Assembly: GCF_018420025.1 (NCBI RefSeq)
Contig: NZ_JAEDAM010000100.1
Location: 1-30,052, forward strand
Source of the DNA: Candidatus Vampirococcus lugosii
GTDB lineage: Bacteria; Patescibacteriota; Gracilibacteria; Absconditabacterales; Absconditicoccaceae
Length of the DNA stretch: 30,052 nucleotides
Direction of reading: 5' to 3'
A program made the translations under genes and the position numbers. Below the pieces are notes generated by a model that searched no databases, was not told where the DNA came from, and saw only the letters and a program-made list of their open reading frames with translations. Numbering within the stretch: position 1 is the first letter of the stretch; the number at the start of each line of letters is the position of its first letter. Positions 9,985 to 21,591 of this stretch are shown in pieces.

Positions 9985-11148
9985 TTAAATATAGTAATCA
10001 ATATTTAAAACTTTGGGAATATTAAATATTTCTCTAGTTAATATATAAAAATCTACATAACATTTATATGTTGAATGTAAAAATAAATAATTTCATAAAG
10101 AGAAAAAATTATTATTTAAATGAATAATTACATATATTTGATTTTTTTCAAAAAAGAAATTAAATTTTTTGTTTGGAAATTTACTAACTAAATCTTTGAT
10201 AGAATTTATTGTTCTACTATCCAAAAAATTTCTTACTTTAATCTGATCTTCAGCTCTAATATTAAATTTTTTTGTAAAATCAATATCTTCAAGTTCTACT
10301 TTTTTACCTTTTTTACTAGTCCAAAAAAATAAAAAAATAATTACAAAAAATGTAAAAGATAAAACGATAACCCAATAATTAATTTTAGTTTGAATAAAAT
10401 TATATAATATAAAAACTGAAAAAATTAAAATAATTAATAAAAGTCAAATTTCTTTTGTCTCAAAAGAAAATTTATTAGTAATTTTAATTCGGTCAAAAAT
10501 ATCAGAATTTTCTCAAATTAATTCTATTTTTTGAACATAAACATGATCAGCTTTTCTCCGTTTTGTATTTCAATCTTTATCTTTGTATTTCTTCATAGTA
10601 TAAATTTCAATTCAAGAGATATCAGCAATTTTAGTATCTCAATCAAAATATTCATAAGATAAAGAATTTGCAAATTTATCTATTTTGTCATAATAAGAAA
10701 GTAATCAAGTTTTGTCTTTTATTTCTTTTACTGTTTCATCAAAATATTTATCAGATAAACTAAATTTTGCTCAATCAAAAATTGATGCAACAAAATTAGA
10801 AAATATATTTTCTTCTATATTTTTATTTTTTGATAGAAAATTACTTTTAAAATCAAATTTTAAATAAAAAAGATAAAAAGATATTAAAATAATTAATATA
10901 CTAAAAACATTATATAAATTAATTCATCATAAATTAATAATAAAAATAAAATTTAAAATTATTAAAAATATTATATAAATTATAAAATATATTTTATATT
11001 TTTGATAAGCATTTTTTTTATCTTTTAATAAAGATTGAAAATCTTCATTTTTTTTAAAAAAATTATAGATCTTGTCTAATTCATAATCTGAAATTAAATC
11101 TTTTTTGTTCTCTTTTTCATAATCTTTTTTTATTTTTTCTTTATCCAT
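9985..11148 (-). CDS. Uncharacterised membrane protein, paralog B (same architecture as 6822-7979)
   Basis: 387 aa. The entire frame was read codon by codon and has no TAA/TAG. Stop at 9985-9987, only 21 nt upstream of the lemA start. N-terminus DYELDKIYNFFKKNED parallels EEEINKIYSFFENETN of paralog A. Confidence 0.7.
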
Positions 11149-11241
11149 TTAATTAGAATTTATATAATAAAATTTGCTTTATAATAATTATTATATATAA
11201 TATATATATGTAAGTTTTTAATTATTTTATTTAATATTTCA

Positions 11242-11790
11242 ATGTCATTTAAATTAAAAATTTTAATAAGAAGTATAAAAAATGATATATGGAAACATAT
11301 ATTTTTTGTATTTTTTTTGTTGTTTTGTGTTTCTTGATGATTTTATATACATAATATATATATGAGTTCATTGTATGATAGTAAAATAGATGATCTTGAA
11401 ATTACTATACAAGAAAATTTAAAAAAATATGAAAATTTAAGGCAGGAAGATAATTATATGAATTTTGAAATTGCACAACATATTCAAGAAAATAAAAATA
11501 AAATATCTTGGGTGAATAATATAGAATCTTTGGTTGAAATGTTTGATCGTGTTTCTTCTGTTTGAAGTAATAGTGATATTAGTTTGGAAAATTTTTTGGT
11601 AAATTATGATTCTATAAGAGTTAGATGATCAGTTCCGAGTTTGGAAACTGTTTATAATGATGATTGACTTTTGGATGAATTAAATTCTTTAGATTTTATA
11701 AATGAAATTTTGATTCCATCATATTCTCTTATGTGAGATAAATATGAATTTGATTTAACTTCTAAAATAAAATTAAATGAGTGAAGATAA
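11242..11790 (+). CDS. Bitopic membrane protein, PilN-like pilus assembly component (tentative)
   Basis: 182 aa. Short N-terminus, one TM (HIFFVFFLLFCVSGGFYI), a coiled-coil-like segment, then a small C-terminal domain. First gene of the pilus operon. Overlaps the next gene by 14 nt. Called from position and architecture only. Confidence 0.4.
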
Positions 11791-12490
11791 AATAAATAAA
11801 GAAGATAAAAAAATAAAAAAACAAATTCAAGATACTAAATATAAAATTTGATTATTTATTATTATATTGTTATCTTTTATTTATTTTTGAGATTTTGAAT
11901 CTTCTTTTACTGATTTAAATGTTTCAAAAGAAAATTTTGATTCAAAAATATCTGAAAATAAACAAATATTATCTGATATAAAAAATATTGAAAATAATAT
12001 TGATACTGTATCTATTTTTACTGAAAAATCTAGCGAATTTGTTGATTGTATAAATGATGATGAATGTGTTTTAGATTCTGTTTTACAAGATTTATGAATA
12101 GAATTTTCAAAAGAAATATCTAATGATGTGATAAGAAATTTTTTTCTTTTAAGAAAACATGAATATGATAAAATGGATTATGATCAAGCTCTTATTTTAA
12201 AAAATATAAATGAATATTTACTTGATTTTCAATGATCTGATTTAAATATTGTTTCATTTTCCAATGTGGTAAAAAGTAATTCTCACGAAAATATGTATAC
12301 TTTACCAATAACATTAAATATTACCGTAAAAAATTTAGATTGATTGATAGATTTTTTGAAAAATGTTGAAGAATCTGTCGGTGTTGAATATCCTGTCTTG
12401 TATGAAATAGAAGCAATAAATTATGATATAGTAAAAAGTGATGAAGAACAAAGTATATCTGTAAATTTATTAGCTTATTTTATAAAATAA
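11777..12490 (+). CDS. Bitopic membrane protein, PilO-like pilus assembly component (tentative)
   Basis: 237 aa, frame checked codon by codon. Lys-rich N-terminus, one TM (IGLFIIILLSFIYFG), coiled coil, then a C-terminal alpha/beta-like domain ending ...LPITLNITVKNLDGLIDFLKNVE...SVNLLAYFIK. Confidence 0.4.
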
Positions 12491-12500
12491 TTTTTTGTAT

Positions 12501-13592
12501 ATGTTTGATAATATTATAAAAAAATTTATTGAAAATAAATGAAAAAATAGATTTAATATTAAAGATAAAATATTTTTTTTTAGAGAATTAGCATATTTAA
12601 TAAATTGATGAATTGTAATAACTGATTCTATTTTGATGATAAAAGAAAATTCTGAAAATATTGCTATTAAAAATCTTTGTTGAGAAATATATTCTTCTTT
12701 AAAAAAATGAGAACAATTTTCAAGAACAATATCAAGATTGCCGAAATATTTTAATGATGGTGATGCAAATATTATTAGATCATGAGAAGGTTCTGGTGAA
12801 TTAGTTAGAGTTCTTAAATATTTAGCAAATGAATATGATTTTTTGTATGATATTAAAAATAAATATATTTGAGCTATGATTTATCCTGCTTTAATATTTT
12901 TTGTATCATTGATTGCAGTTTATATTATATTTACAGTCGTTTTACCTTGAATTTTGGTAATAGTACATGATTTTGATGATTTAGAATTACCTTTTGCTAC
13001 TAAAGCATTGATTAATATTACTGATTTTTTTGTACAAAATAATATATCTATAATTATTGTATTAATTATGTCAATATTAGCTTTTTCTATATTTTTATGA
13101 ATACAAGAATGAAAAAGATGGTTTGATAAACAAATATTTAAAATTCCTATTTTTGGAAATTTTACAAGGAAATATTTATTAGTAAAATATTTAAGATATA
13201 ATAAATTATTGATAAGTTCTGGAATGTCTTATAAAGAGCTTTATTCTTCTCTAAAAAGATTATTTAATAATTATCAATATATTTCTATGATTAATGATAT
13301 TCAAAAAAATATAAATATTTGACAAGATGTTTTGGAACCACTTAAAAATTATAGAAATATAATACCAGCAGATGTTTTTGTTTTATTAAAATCTTGACAA
13401 GAATCTGCAAATATGATTGAAGCTATAGATAATGCAATAGAGTTATATCAAGAAGAATTTAATAAAGATTTAAATAATTTAAGTAAAATTATAGAACCAA
13501 TTTTGGTAGTTTTTGTATGATGAATTGTTGCATTTATTGCTTTATCAGTATTTTGAATAGTTTGATCTATATTAGATTCTGTAGCTTTATAA
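12501..13592 (+). CDS. pilC: Type IV pilus / T2SS platform protein (GspF/PilC family)
   Basis: 363 aa, frame checked codon by codon. Two GspF-type repeats (FFFRELAYLINGGIVITDSI...IIRSGEGSGELVRVLKYLA and LISSGMSYKELYSSL...LLKSGQESANMIEAIDNAIELY). Three TM segments. Confidence 0.85.
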
Positions 13593-13610
13593 TTAATAGT
13601 TATTTATTCT

Positions 13611-14144
13611 ATGTTTTTTAATAAAAAAATAAATTATTGATTTACATTGATAGAAATTGTGTTAGTAATTATTATTATATCAATAATATTAATTTTTATA
13701 ATATTTTATGGGTATTGACAAATAAAGACAACACAATTTAGAATTGATAAACAATCTCTTATTGATATTCATCAAAAAGTTCATAGTTCTACTTTGGGAT
13801 CAAATATTTATTATTGAGAAAGATTTGATTATCTTAAATTAAAATTGGAAGATCAATCCGATAATATAAATTTATATATTTCTTGAGCAAATTCAAAAAT
13901 GTTTTATGAAAGAACTAAACTTAATAATTCATATATATCTTGATTTAATTATTCTCAAAATTTAGAAGATGAAATTTATTTAAATATGAAAGCTTATGAA
14001 TTGTCTTGTTCAATAGAATCTTGAGCCGATTTGTATACTTGATGAAATTTATATTTTGATTTAATATCAACTAATTGAGCTGAAAAATATTGTTTTGATA
14101 TAAATCTTAGTTCTTGTAAAATTTTTGAATATAAATGTGATTAA
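13611..14144 (+). CDS. Prepilin-type pseudopilin
   Basis: 177 aa. MFFNKKINY-G|FTLIEIVLVIIIISIIL, with Gly-1 as TGA at 13638-13640 and Glu+5 present. Confidence 0.75.
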
Positions 14145-14173
14145 TTTAATACTTAAAATTTATTTTGTAAAAA

Positions 14174-14743
14174 ATGAAAAAGTGATTAACTTTGATAGAA
14201 GTTATGTTTTCTATAGCTATATTTGGAGTATGAGCAGTTTATGTCTTATCTAGTTTGATAGATAATATTTCTTTTTTTGAAAGAACTAATTTGAGAAATG
14301 AAGCAACATTTCTTGCAAAAGAAGGAATAGAAATTGCTTACAATATAGTAGATAGTAATATAAATAGATGAATGGCTTGGAATTGTCTAGGTTATGATTC
14401 AAATTATAATTGTACAGAAAAAATATGAGATTCAAATAATTATTATAAATTTTCTATAGATAAAGATTGATATTTTAATACTTCTATTACTAATAAAGAT
14501 TTTGATGATAATATTATTTATTATCATACTTGAACAAGTGATTTATTTTGGTACAATCACGATGATACTTGACAAGAAACTTATTTCTCTAGATATTTAT
14601 ATTTTACATGAGTTTATTCACAAGGAGATTCATGAATTATTGATAAAAATAAAATATTAAAAGTAAATTCTATTGTAGAATATAAAAAATGAGCTTTTAC
14701 TTGAGAAGTAATTTTGGAAAGTTTTATTTGAAATGTTAGATAA
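14174..14743 (+). CDS. Prepilin-type pseudopilin
   Basis: 189 aa. MKK-G|LTLIEVMFSIAIFGVGAV, with Gly-1 as TGA at 14183-14185. Confidence 0.75.
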
Positions 14744-14770
14744 TTTAATTTTTTTGAAAAATTTAAAAAT

Positions 14771-15343
14771 ATGAATAAATGATTTACACTTATAGAAATA
14801 ATGATATCCGTAGTTATATTATGATTACTTATTGTAATTATTTTTTCTGTTTATAATACAGTAGCTGAGTTATCTATAAGAATAGAAAATGAAAAAAATC
14901 TTTCAAATGAATTACTTTTTGTTTCACAAAATATTCAATGATTTGCAGATAGTTTAAGTTTAGATTTTAGTAAATATTCTGATTTAGATACTACTAAATG
15001 ATTTACTTGAAGCTTGTATTTTACTTGAAATGATTTTGTAAATATTTATTTAACATGAGATACTTCGTCAGATATTGATAATATAAGAAATAGTAAATCT
15101 TGGATAGAAATGAATAAAAATTGAGAGATAATGAAACTTACTGATCCAAATAAAATTTATATAAGAAATTTAAATTTTAAAATAATTCCTTTTGATGAGA
15201 TAAGATGATTAGATTTTGATAAAATATATAATCAATGATTTTGGATTTTTGTAGAAGCTTATACAAATAATTATTCAAAATATTCAAGTGTTTATGATAT
15301 TTCTTCAAATGTTCAAGCTTTTTTTAATGTAAGACAATATTAA
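14771..15343 (+). CDS. Prepilin-type pseudopilin (PulJ/minor-pilin-like)
   Basis: 190 aa. MNK-G|FTLIEIMISVVILGLLIVI, with Gly-1 as TGA at 14780-14782. Confidence 0.75.
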
Positions 15344-15367
15344 ATTTTAATAAATCAAATAATTAAA

Positions 15368-16162
15368 ATGAATAATAGATGAAATATGTTAATTATTGTA
15401 ATATTTGTTATGATTATTACCTCTCTTTTTGGTATATTGACAACTAGATATGTAAATAGTATAATACAATATGGTTCTGCTTTCCATAATTATTACAAGG
15501 CATATTATTTGGCAAATGCTCCATTGCAATTACAACTTTTGAAACAAAAAAATCGTTGACTTGGATTTGAAGATAAAATTTTAACTTGATCCTCAACTTT
15601 TTCTAATAATTTTGATTGTGAAAATTGTTTTTTTGAATCAGAATTATTAGCAAGGAATTCAATAATTATAGATGAATCTGAGCATAATCTTTTTCCATCA
15701 GATTGTGATTTAGATAATTCTAATCATTTTGCTTTGGCAGGTTGAAAAGGTACTGTAATACCACTTTTTTGGGATCAAAATACTTGAGAAGGTTCTGTAA
15801 ATTTAATTAATATAAAAAGACTTCCAAATCTTGGTGGTTTAAATATAAAAAAAACTTCAAGTGATACAAATAATTATGTAATTTGAATTATTGATGAAAA
15901 ATTAAATTCTTCAAGTGTAGATGATATTAATTTTGTTAATACATTAAGTATTATTGATGAATCAATAAATAATTATTTAGTAATTGCAAATAATACTTGA
16001 AATGCATGAAAATCAAGGTTTTGTATTAATGACACCAATAATCTTCCAACTACTCATATTAATATTAATTCTTTATGAAAGTTTCAAAATACTTATGTCT
16101 CGTTGAGAGCTAAAAGATCAATTCAATTACCAGAATATTTGATATATTCAATAGTAGAATAG
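15368..16162 (+). CDS. PilX/GspK-like minor pseudopilin (hydrophobic N-terminal helix, no Glu+5)
   Basis: 264 aa. MNNRGNMLIIVIFVMIITSLFGILTTRYV. Last gene of the pilus operon. TAG at 16160-16162. Confidence 0.5.
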
Positions 16163-17080
16163 TTAAATTTGTTTAATTTTATGATCTTTACCTTGTATTA
16201 TATTATTTGTTCATCATCATTTTAATCATTTTGATTTTGCAAATTCTTTTGCATTTATATTTTTTGTAAAAATAACAAAATTTCAATCATTATTATAAAT
16301 AATAATATTTTCTCAATCAAAAACTTGTTTAGCAATATTTAATATATCTTTAAAATTTATTTTATTTAATTCTTCGTATTTTGAAATATTTATTATTTTA
16401 TCAAATCATTCTTTTGATTCTCAATCTATATTTTCCAAAATAGATTTTACAATATTTTGTTTCATTGATTCATATTCTCATTTTATTTGTTCTAACTCTT
16501 TTTGTGATTTATTTAATTTTTCTATTATTTGTTTAGATGTACAATCAAGTTTATCAGATATATCTTGTAATAATTTATCTTGTTCTTTAATATAATTATA
16601 TACTTTAGTTCAAGTATATGCAATAATTCTTCTTACTCAAGAAGATACAGCTTCTTGAGATATTATTTTAAATATTCATATTTGTGAAGTATTATCAACA
16701 TGAGTTCATCAACATAATTCTATAGAAATAGTTTTTTTTTCTCAATTTCATATACTTATTACTCTTACTACATCTCAATATTTTTCTTCAAAAAATGCTT
16801 TTGCTCAAGCTTGCAAAGCTTGTTCCAAACTCATTTCTTTTTTATTGACTGATAATCATTCATATATAATATTATTTATATTCTCTTCTATTTGTTGTAT
16901 TTCTTTATTTGATAAAGCTTTTTTGCAAGTAAAATCAAATCTTATATAATCATTATCTACAAGTGAACCTGCTTGTTTAGTATTCTTTATTATTTTATTT
17001 AATTCTCAATGAAGTAGGTGAGTGGCTGTATGTGCTCTCATATTTCAATTTCTTTTTTTTATATCAATTTTTAATTTCAT
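16163..17080 (-). CDS. alaX: Free-standing alanyl-tRNA synthetase editing domain plus C-Ala domain (AlaX-like trans-editing factor or C-terminal half of a split AlaRS)
   Basis: 305 aa. Zinc/editing motifs HTATHLLH and ELCGGTH. GSLVDNDYIRFDF, GAKAFFEEKYGDVVRV, IGIFKIISQEAVSSGVRRIIAYTG, a coiled-coil linker, and a C-terminal AKSKGLKGGGTNNIIQG that parallels the E. coli AlaRS C-terminus GGKGGGRPDMAQAGG. Starts about 15 residues before HxxxH. No aminoacylation domain is encoded. Confidence 0.8.
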
Positions 17081-17243
17081 AATAACTTATTAAAAATATA
17101 AAATTTATTAATTGAAATATAAATATATAATTTTATTAATCAAGATATTTTTAAGAGAAAATATAAAAATGTATTAAAATTTATTTGCAATATATACATT
17201 TTTTATATATAATTGAATTAATTATAATTTTAAAAAATAGAAA

Positions 17244-19670
17244 ATGCAAATAAAAATAAAAATTATACTATCTTTTTTGTTATTGTTTTTGATATACTTT
17301 TTAAGTAAGGATTTTTTTATTTTAAATGTATATGCTCAATCTGCTGATACTTCTGATTGAGATATTTCTAGTATTGTTTCTATTTTGGAAGTAATAGTTC
17401 AATTTTTTTATATTATAATACGACCATTTATTTCTATAGCTTGAGCTAGTTTGTCAAATGAATTTGTTTATGGTAGTATATTCAATTTAGATTGAACATT
17501 ATATATATTTTGGAATATGATGAAAAATTTTGCAAATTATATTATTGCATTTGTATTTTTGATTTCTATATTTTTTTATTTTATAAACTATAAACAAGAC
17601 GGTTTCAATCCTAAATCATTAATACCAAAATTTTTGGTAGCTACTGTATGAATACAAGCAAGTTGGTTTTTGTTAGCTGCTTTGATAGATTTATCAACAG
17701 TTATGACTTATAGTATATGATGATTGCCTTTGACCGTTTTGGATAATTTTAAAGAAGATGAAGAAGCATTAATGTTGCCCGTTATGAGAATGGAAATGTG
17801 AGATCAATGATTATGATGAATTACAAAATCTGATAGAACATTATTTTATACAAATCCTTGAAATTCAGAAACATATGCAACTTGTGTTACCGATTGACAA
17901 GAAATTGATCGAGATTATTTAAATGAAAATTCATGATCTTTGCAAGAACAACTTGATCAATTTGATTGAAATTATAATCTTAATACTCAATGATGTGTTT
18001 TCTCAAATAGACTTTATTGACAAGGATGAGGTAATAATTGGAATGATGATAGAGATTGACTTATAGAAGCTTGAAATAATTTATGTGATCCAAGTGGTGA
18101 TGATTGTTATTCAATTAAAGAATTTACTGATAGTGTTAAATGATTTTCTTGACCTTTGTATACACTTTTTGGAAGTTTATCAAATATTGCTGATTTATGA
18201 GTTTCTTGAGTTTGATGATGAGGTGGAGCAGAAGTTGGGGCATACAGTATTATAGCTATGATGAAAATAATTATTTTTTTAGCACTTATTATACCATTAC
18301 TTACATTGACAATAGTATTGATAATAAGATGAGTTTTGATGTGGCTTATTATAGCTTTGGCACCATTATTAGTAGTTTCATGGACTTTTGGATTTAATAT
18401 TAGTTGATCTTCAGATAAATATTCTATGTCGTCAGTTTTATCACTTATATTTTTACCAGTAATTGTAGCTTTTGCAGTAAGTATTAGTATTATATTCTTG
18501 ACAGTATTAAATAATACATTAAAAGTATGAGATTTTCAATGATCTACTTGAGCATTAGCAGTATTATGATTAGAAAAAAATGTAGATGATGCATGAGAAG
18601 AAAAATGACAAGAAATTTGTTTTAAAATTCCATTGTGAGATGAGAAAGAAACAAATATTTGTTTTAATTCTCCTGAAAATGCAGTATGAATTTCTCCATT
18701 TTTGGATATACTTGGTTGGATAGTTGTTAATTTATTTGCTGTAGCTCTTATGTGGTCTATAATATTCGCTGCACTAAAATCAGCAAAATTGACTTCTTGA
18801 GTTGTTAATTGGGTTGATGGCATATCAAAAGAAGCATTCAAAACTGCTCCTGTTATTCCTACACCTTGGTGATCTCAAAGTATTTGAAGTCTTGGTAGAG
18901 TTTGAGAAAGTTTAAGTAAACAACCTTGACAAATAATAAGTAGACAATATGCAGAATCTTGAATACAAGATACTATGAGAACATTAGAATGAACTTTTTC
19001 TTGAACAAATTCTCAATGAATTCAGAATTTTAAAAATTCTGTTAAAAAACCATGATATGATTCATCTACATTTACTCAAACAGCTAGTTCAGCTATTTGA
19101 GCTTGACAACATATATGAGATATTCAAGAAGATGTTTTATCTGAATTGAAAGATAAAGATAAATCAGGTATGTTTAATTCAGCAAATTCTTTGACAGATA
19201 TAGCACAAGATCCTGATATGAGAAGTCATTATAATTCAAATTATTGAAATATAGATAATTTATTATCCCAAACTAATCGTAGTGATGGTAAAACTTTATT
19301 AAGTGAACAAGAATTAAAAGAAGTTTATTTTAATTTGGAAAATAATATGATATCAAATTGATATGATAAAAAATTATCTATAGATTGAAATAGAATATAT
19401 AAAAGTAAAGATTGAAGAAAATTTTATCATTTTTCTTGAGAAAATATGGATGTTAAATTAATATGAAATTTAGATTTAGATTATGTTGATAAATCAAAAG
19501 CAAATGAATTTATAAATAAAATATATAATATTGATGTTGATAATTATAAATCTAATTTAGAAAAATTATGATTTAAAATTTGAGATGATATAAGTATTAA
19601 AGGTGAAAAATATATAATACAAGATACATGATCTTGAATAAATTTTGAAAAAGAAGACCCTAGTTCTTAA
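17244..19670 (+). CDS. Large polytopic membrane protein, paralog 1 of 3 (VirB6/TrbL-like topology, hypothesis)
   Basis: 808 aa, whole frame read codon by codon (only TGA interruptions). Signal-peptide-like N-terminus (...LNVYAQS). Motifs: WNMMKNFAN, KQDGFNPK, IQASWF. About 190 aa Cys-containing loop. TM cluster MMKIIIFLALIIPLLTLTIVLIIRGVLMWLIIALAPLLVV. ICFNSPEN loop. KLTSG...KTAP. About 270 aa soluble C-terminal tail. Confidence 0.75.
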
Positions 19671-19711
19671 TAATTTAAAATAAAAAAATTTAAAATAAAA
19701 ATTAAATAAAT

Positions 19712-21562
19712 ATGTTAAAAAATAATAAATCTTTTTTATTGATAATATTTGTAATATTCTTTTTGATGCCTTCATTTGTATTTGCATCTTGATGAGAGGA
19801 TACAGATTTTTTGATTAAATTTTTGAATAGTTTAATATCTTTATTTAGTTGGTTTTGGATTATTCCATCTATTATTGCAGGTACTTTGATGACCAATGAG
19901 CTTGTATATGGTGAATTAATGTATTTGGATAAATATCTTTTTGAGATATGGAATATGTCCAAAAATTTTGCAAATTTTACTTTGTGATTTTTATTTTTAT
20001 TTTTGGTTTTAAAATCGTTTTATAAATGAGAGCCTTGAAGTGTTGTCAAATCATATCTTCCCAAAATTACAGTAGCTTGAGTTTTGATTCAAATGAGTTG
20101 GTTTTTGGTAGCAGCTATTATAGATATTAGTATAGTTGCTATGTCAGCAGTTTCTACATTGCCAAATTATTTTGTAGATTCTACAGATGGTAAAGATAAT
20201 GAATTGACAATTACTATGCCTGAGAAATGTGATTTTTTGAAAGCATTTAGTGATCCAAATAATGTTGATATTTGTACTTGAGAAATTGGTGATATCAAAT
20301 TGAATGATATAAGTGCTAATGCATTGAATGCAAGTTGACCTTTACTATATTTTTGATTTACTGTATTAAAATTACAACAATTTTCAAATTCTGAAGTTAC
20401 AAGCTGGGAAAATATAACGGCAGAATTTTTGATAAAATTATTTGTAGTATTAATGTTTACTATTCCTTTGATTGTTTTGATGGTAATAAATTTTATAAGA
20501 TTGTTTTGGCTTTGGATGTTTATAGTTTTTTCTCCTTTTGTAGTATTGGATTCTATTTTTTCTAATGCAGTAAGTTCAAAAATGGAATGATCTGTAAAAA
20601 AATTAACTCTTTCAAATTTTATATGACTTGCTTTCCAGCCTGTAATTGTAATTGGTATGTTGTCTGTAATATTAATTTTTGTAGTATGACTTAATACTAT
20701 ATTTCAAATTGATGATAATCAAGCTCAATCTGAAGATCTTATAGAATCCTTGAAAGAAACTATGTGAGTTTTTAGTTCTGATAATGAATCTTGATGAATA
20801 ATGTTGTGATGAGAAAATGGTTGACAAATTCTGGCTGCATGAGATATTATGAGTGATGTTTGAAATGTTTTGTGATGAGCTATATGATATTTAGTTTTGG
20901 CTATATTTGTGTCTTTTATGGTTTGGTCATTGGTTAAATTATCTTTCAAAACTTCTGAAATTACTTCATGAGTTTCTGATAGTATATTTAAATTTACTGA
21001 ACAAACTATGAAAACAGTTCCAATACCAGGTACTAAAATTAGTTATTGAGCATTGGAAAGATGAAAAAGTAATTTAAGATGAGAAATATTCTGAATGACT
21101 CAAGCTCAACAAGCATCATGAATAGAATCTAAACTAGATAGTTTGTTTGGTAATAATTGATGATGAAGTGGGTGAGGTACTAGTTGATCAGTAAGTCCTG
21201 GTCCATCAATTAATAGTTTAGAAGAACAAAGTTTAAAAGTAAAGATACAAGATTGAAATGTACTTCAATCAAAGATATTCTGGAAAGAAATTATAAGATT
21301 ATGAGAATCTTGAAAATCATTAAATCCTAATCAAGATAAAAGGTTAAAATCTATTATAGAACAACGAGCATTAGAATATGGAAAAAATCATTCTAATCTT
21401 AAGATATTAACTAATTGAAAAGTAGATCGGAATAATGAAAATTTTAAAAGATTAGTTAATTATATTATGGCGAATTCATGAGATGTGCCATGATGAGGTG
21501 ATAGTAATTTATTGAGAGATAATCCTGATAGTAGTTCTATTGAATATTGATTAAAAAAATAA
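19712..21562 (+). CDS. Large polytopic membrane protein, paralog 2 of 3
   Basis: 616 aa, frame checked codon by codon. Signal-like N-terminus (...FVFAS). WNMSKNFAN, IQMSWF. TM cluster LFVVLMFTIPLIVLMVINFIRLFWLWMFIVFSPFVV. Gly-rich tracts written as TGA runs. EITSG...KTVP. Track ORF 20084-20281 is an internal fragment. Confidence 0.75.
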
Positions 21563-21591
21563 TTAATTTTAATTAATTTATATATCAAAAA

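Noticed and set aside
18536-18841. 101-aa minus-strand ORF, and the 66-aa plus-strand ORF at 18197-18397
   Set aside because: Both fall inside the 808-aa paralog 1 gene, one antisense and one out of frame. The table-25 frame is continuous and is homologous to the two downstream paralogs.
19566-19962. Two overlapping minus-strand ORFs (73 and 86 aa)
   Set aside because: They are antisense to the end of paralog 1 and the start of paralog 2. No motifs, and composition-driven.
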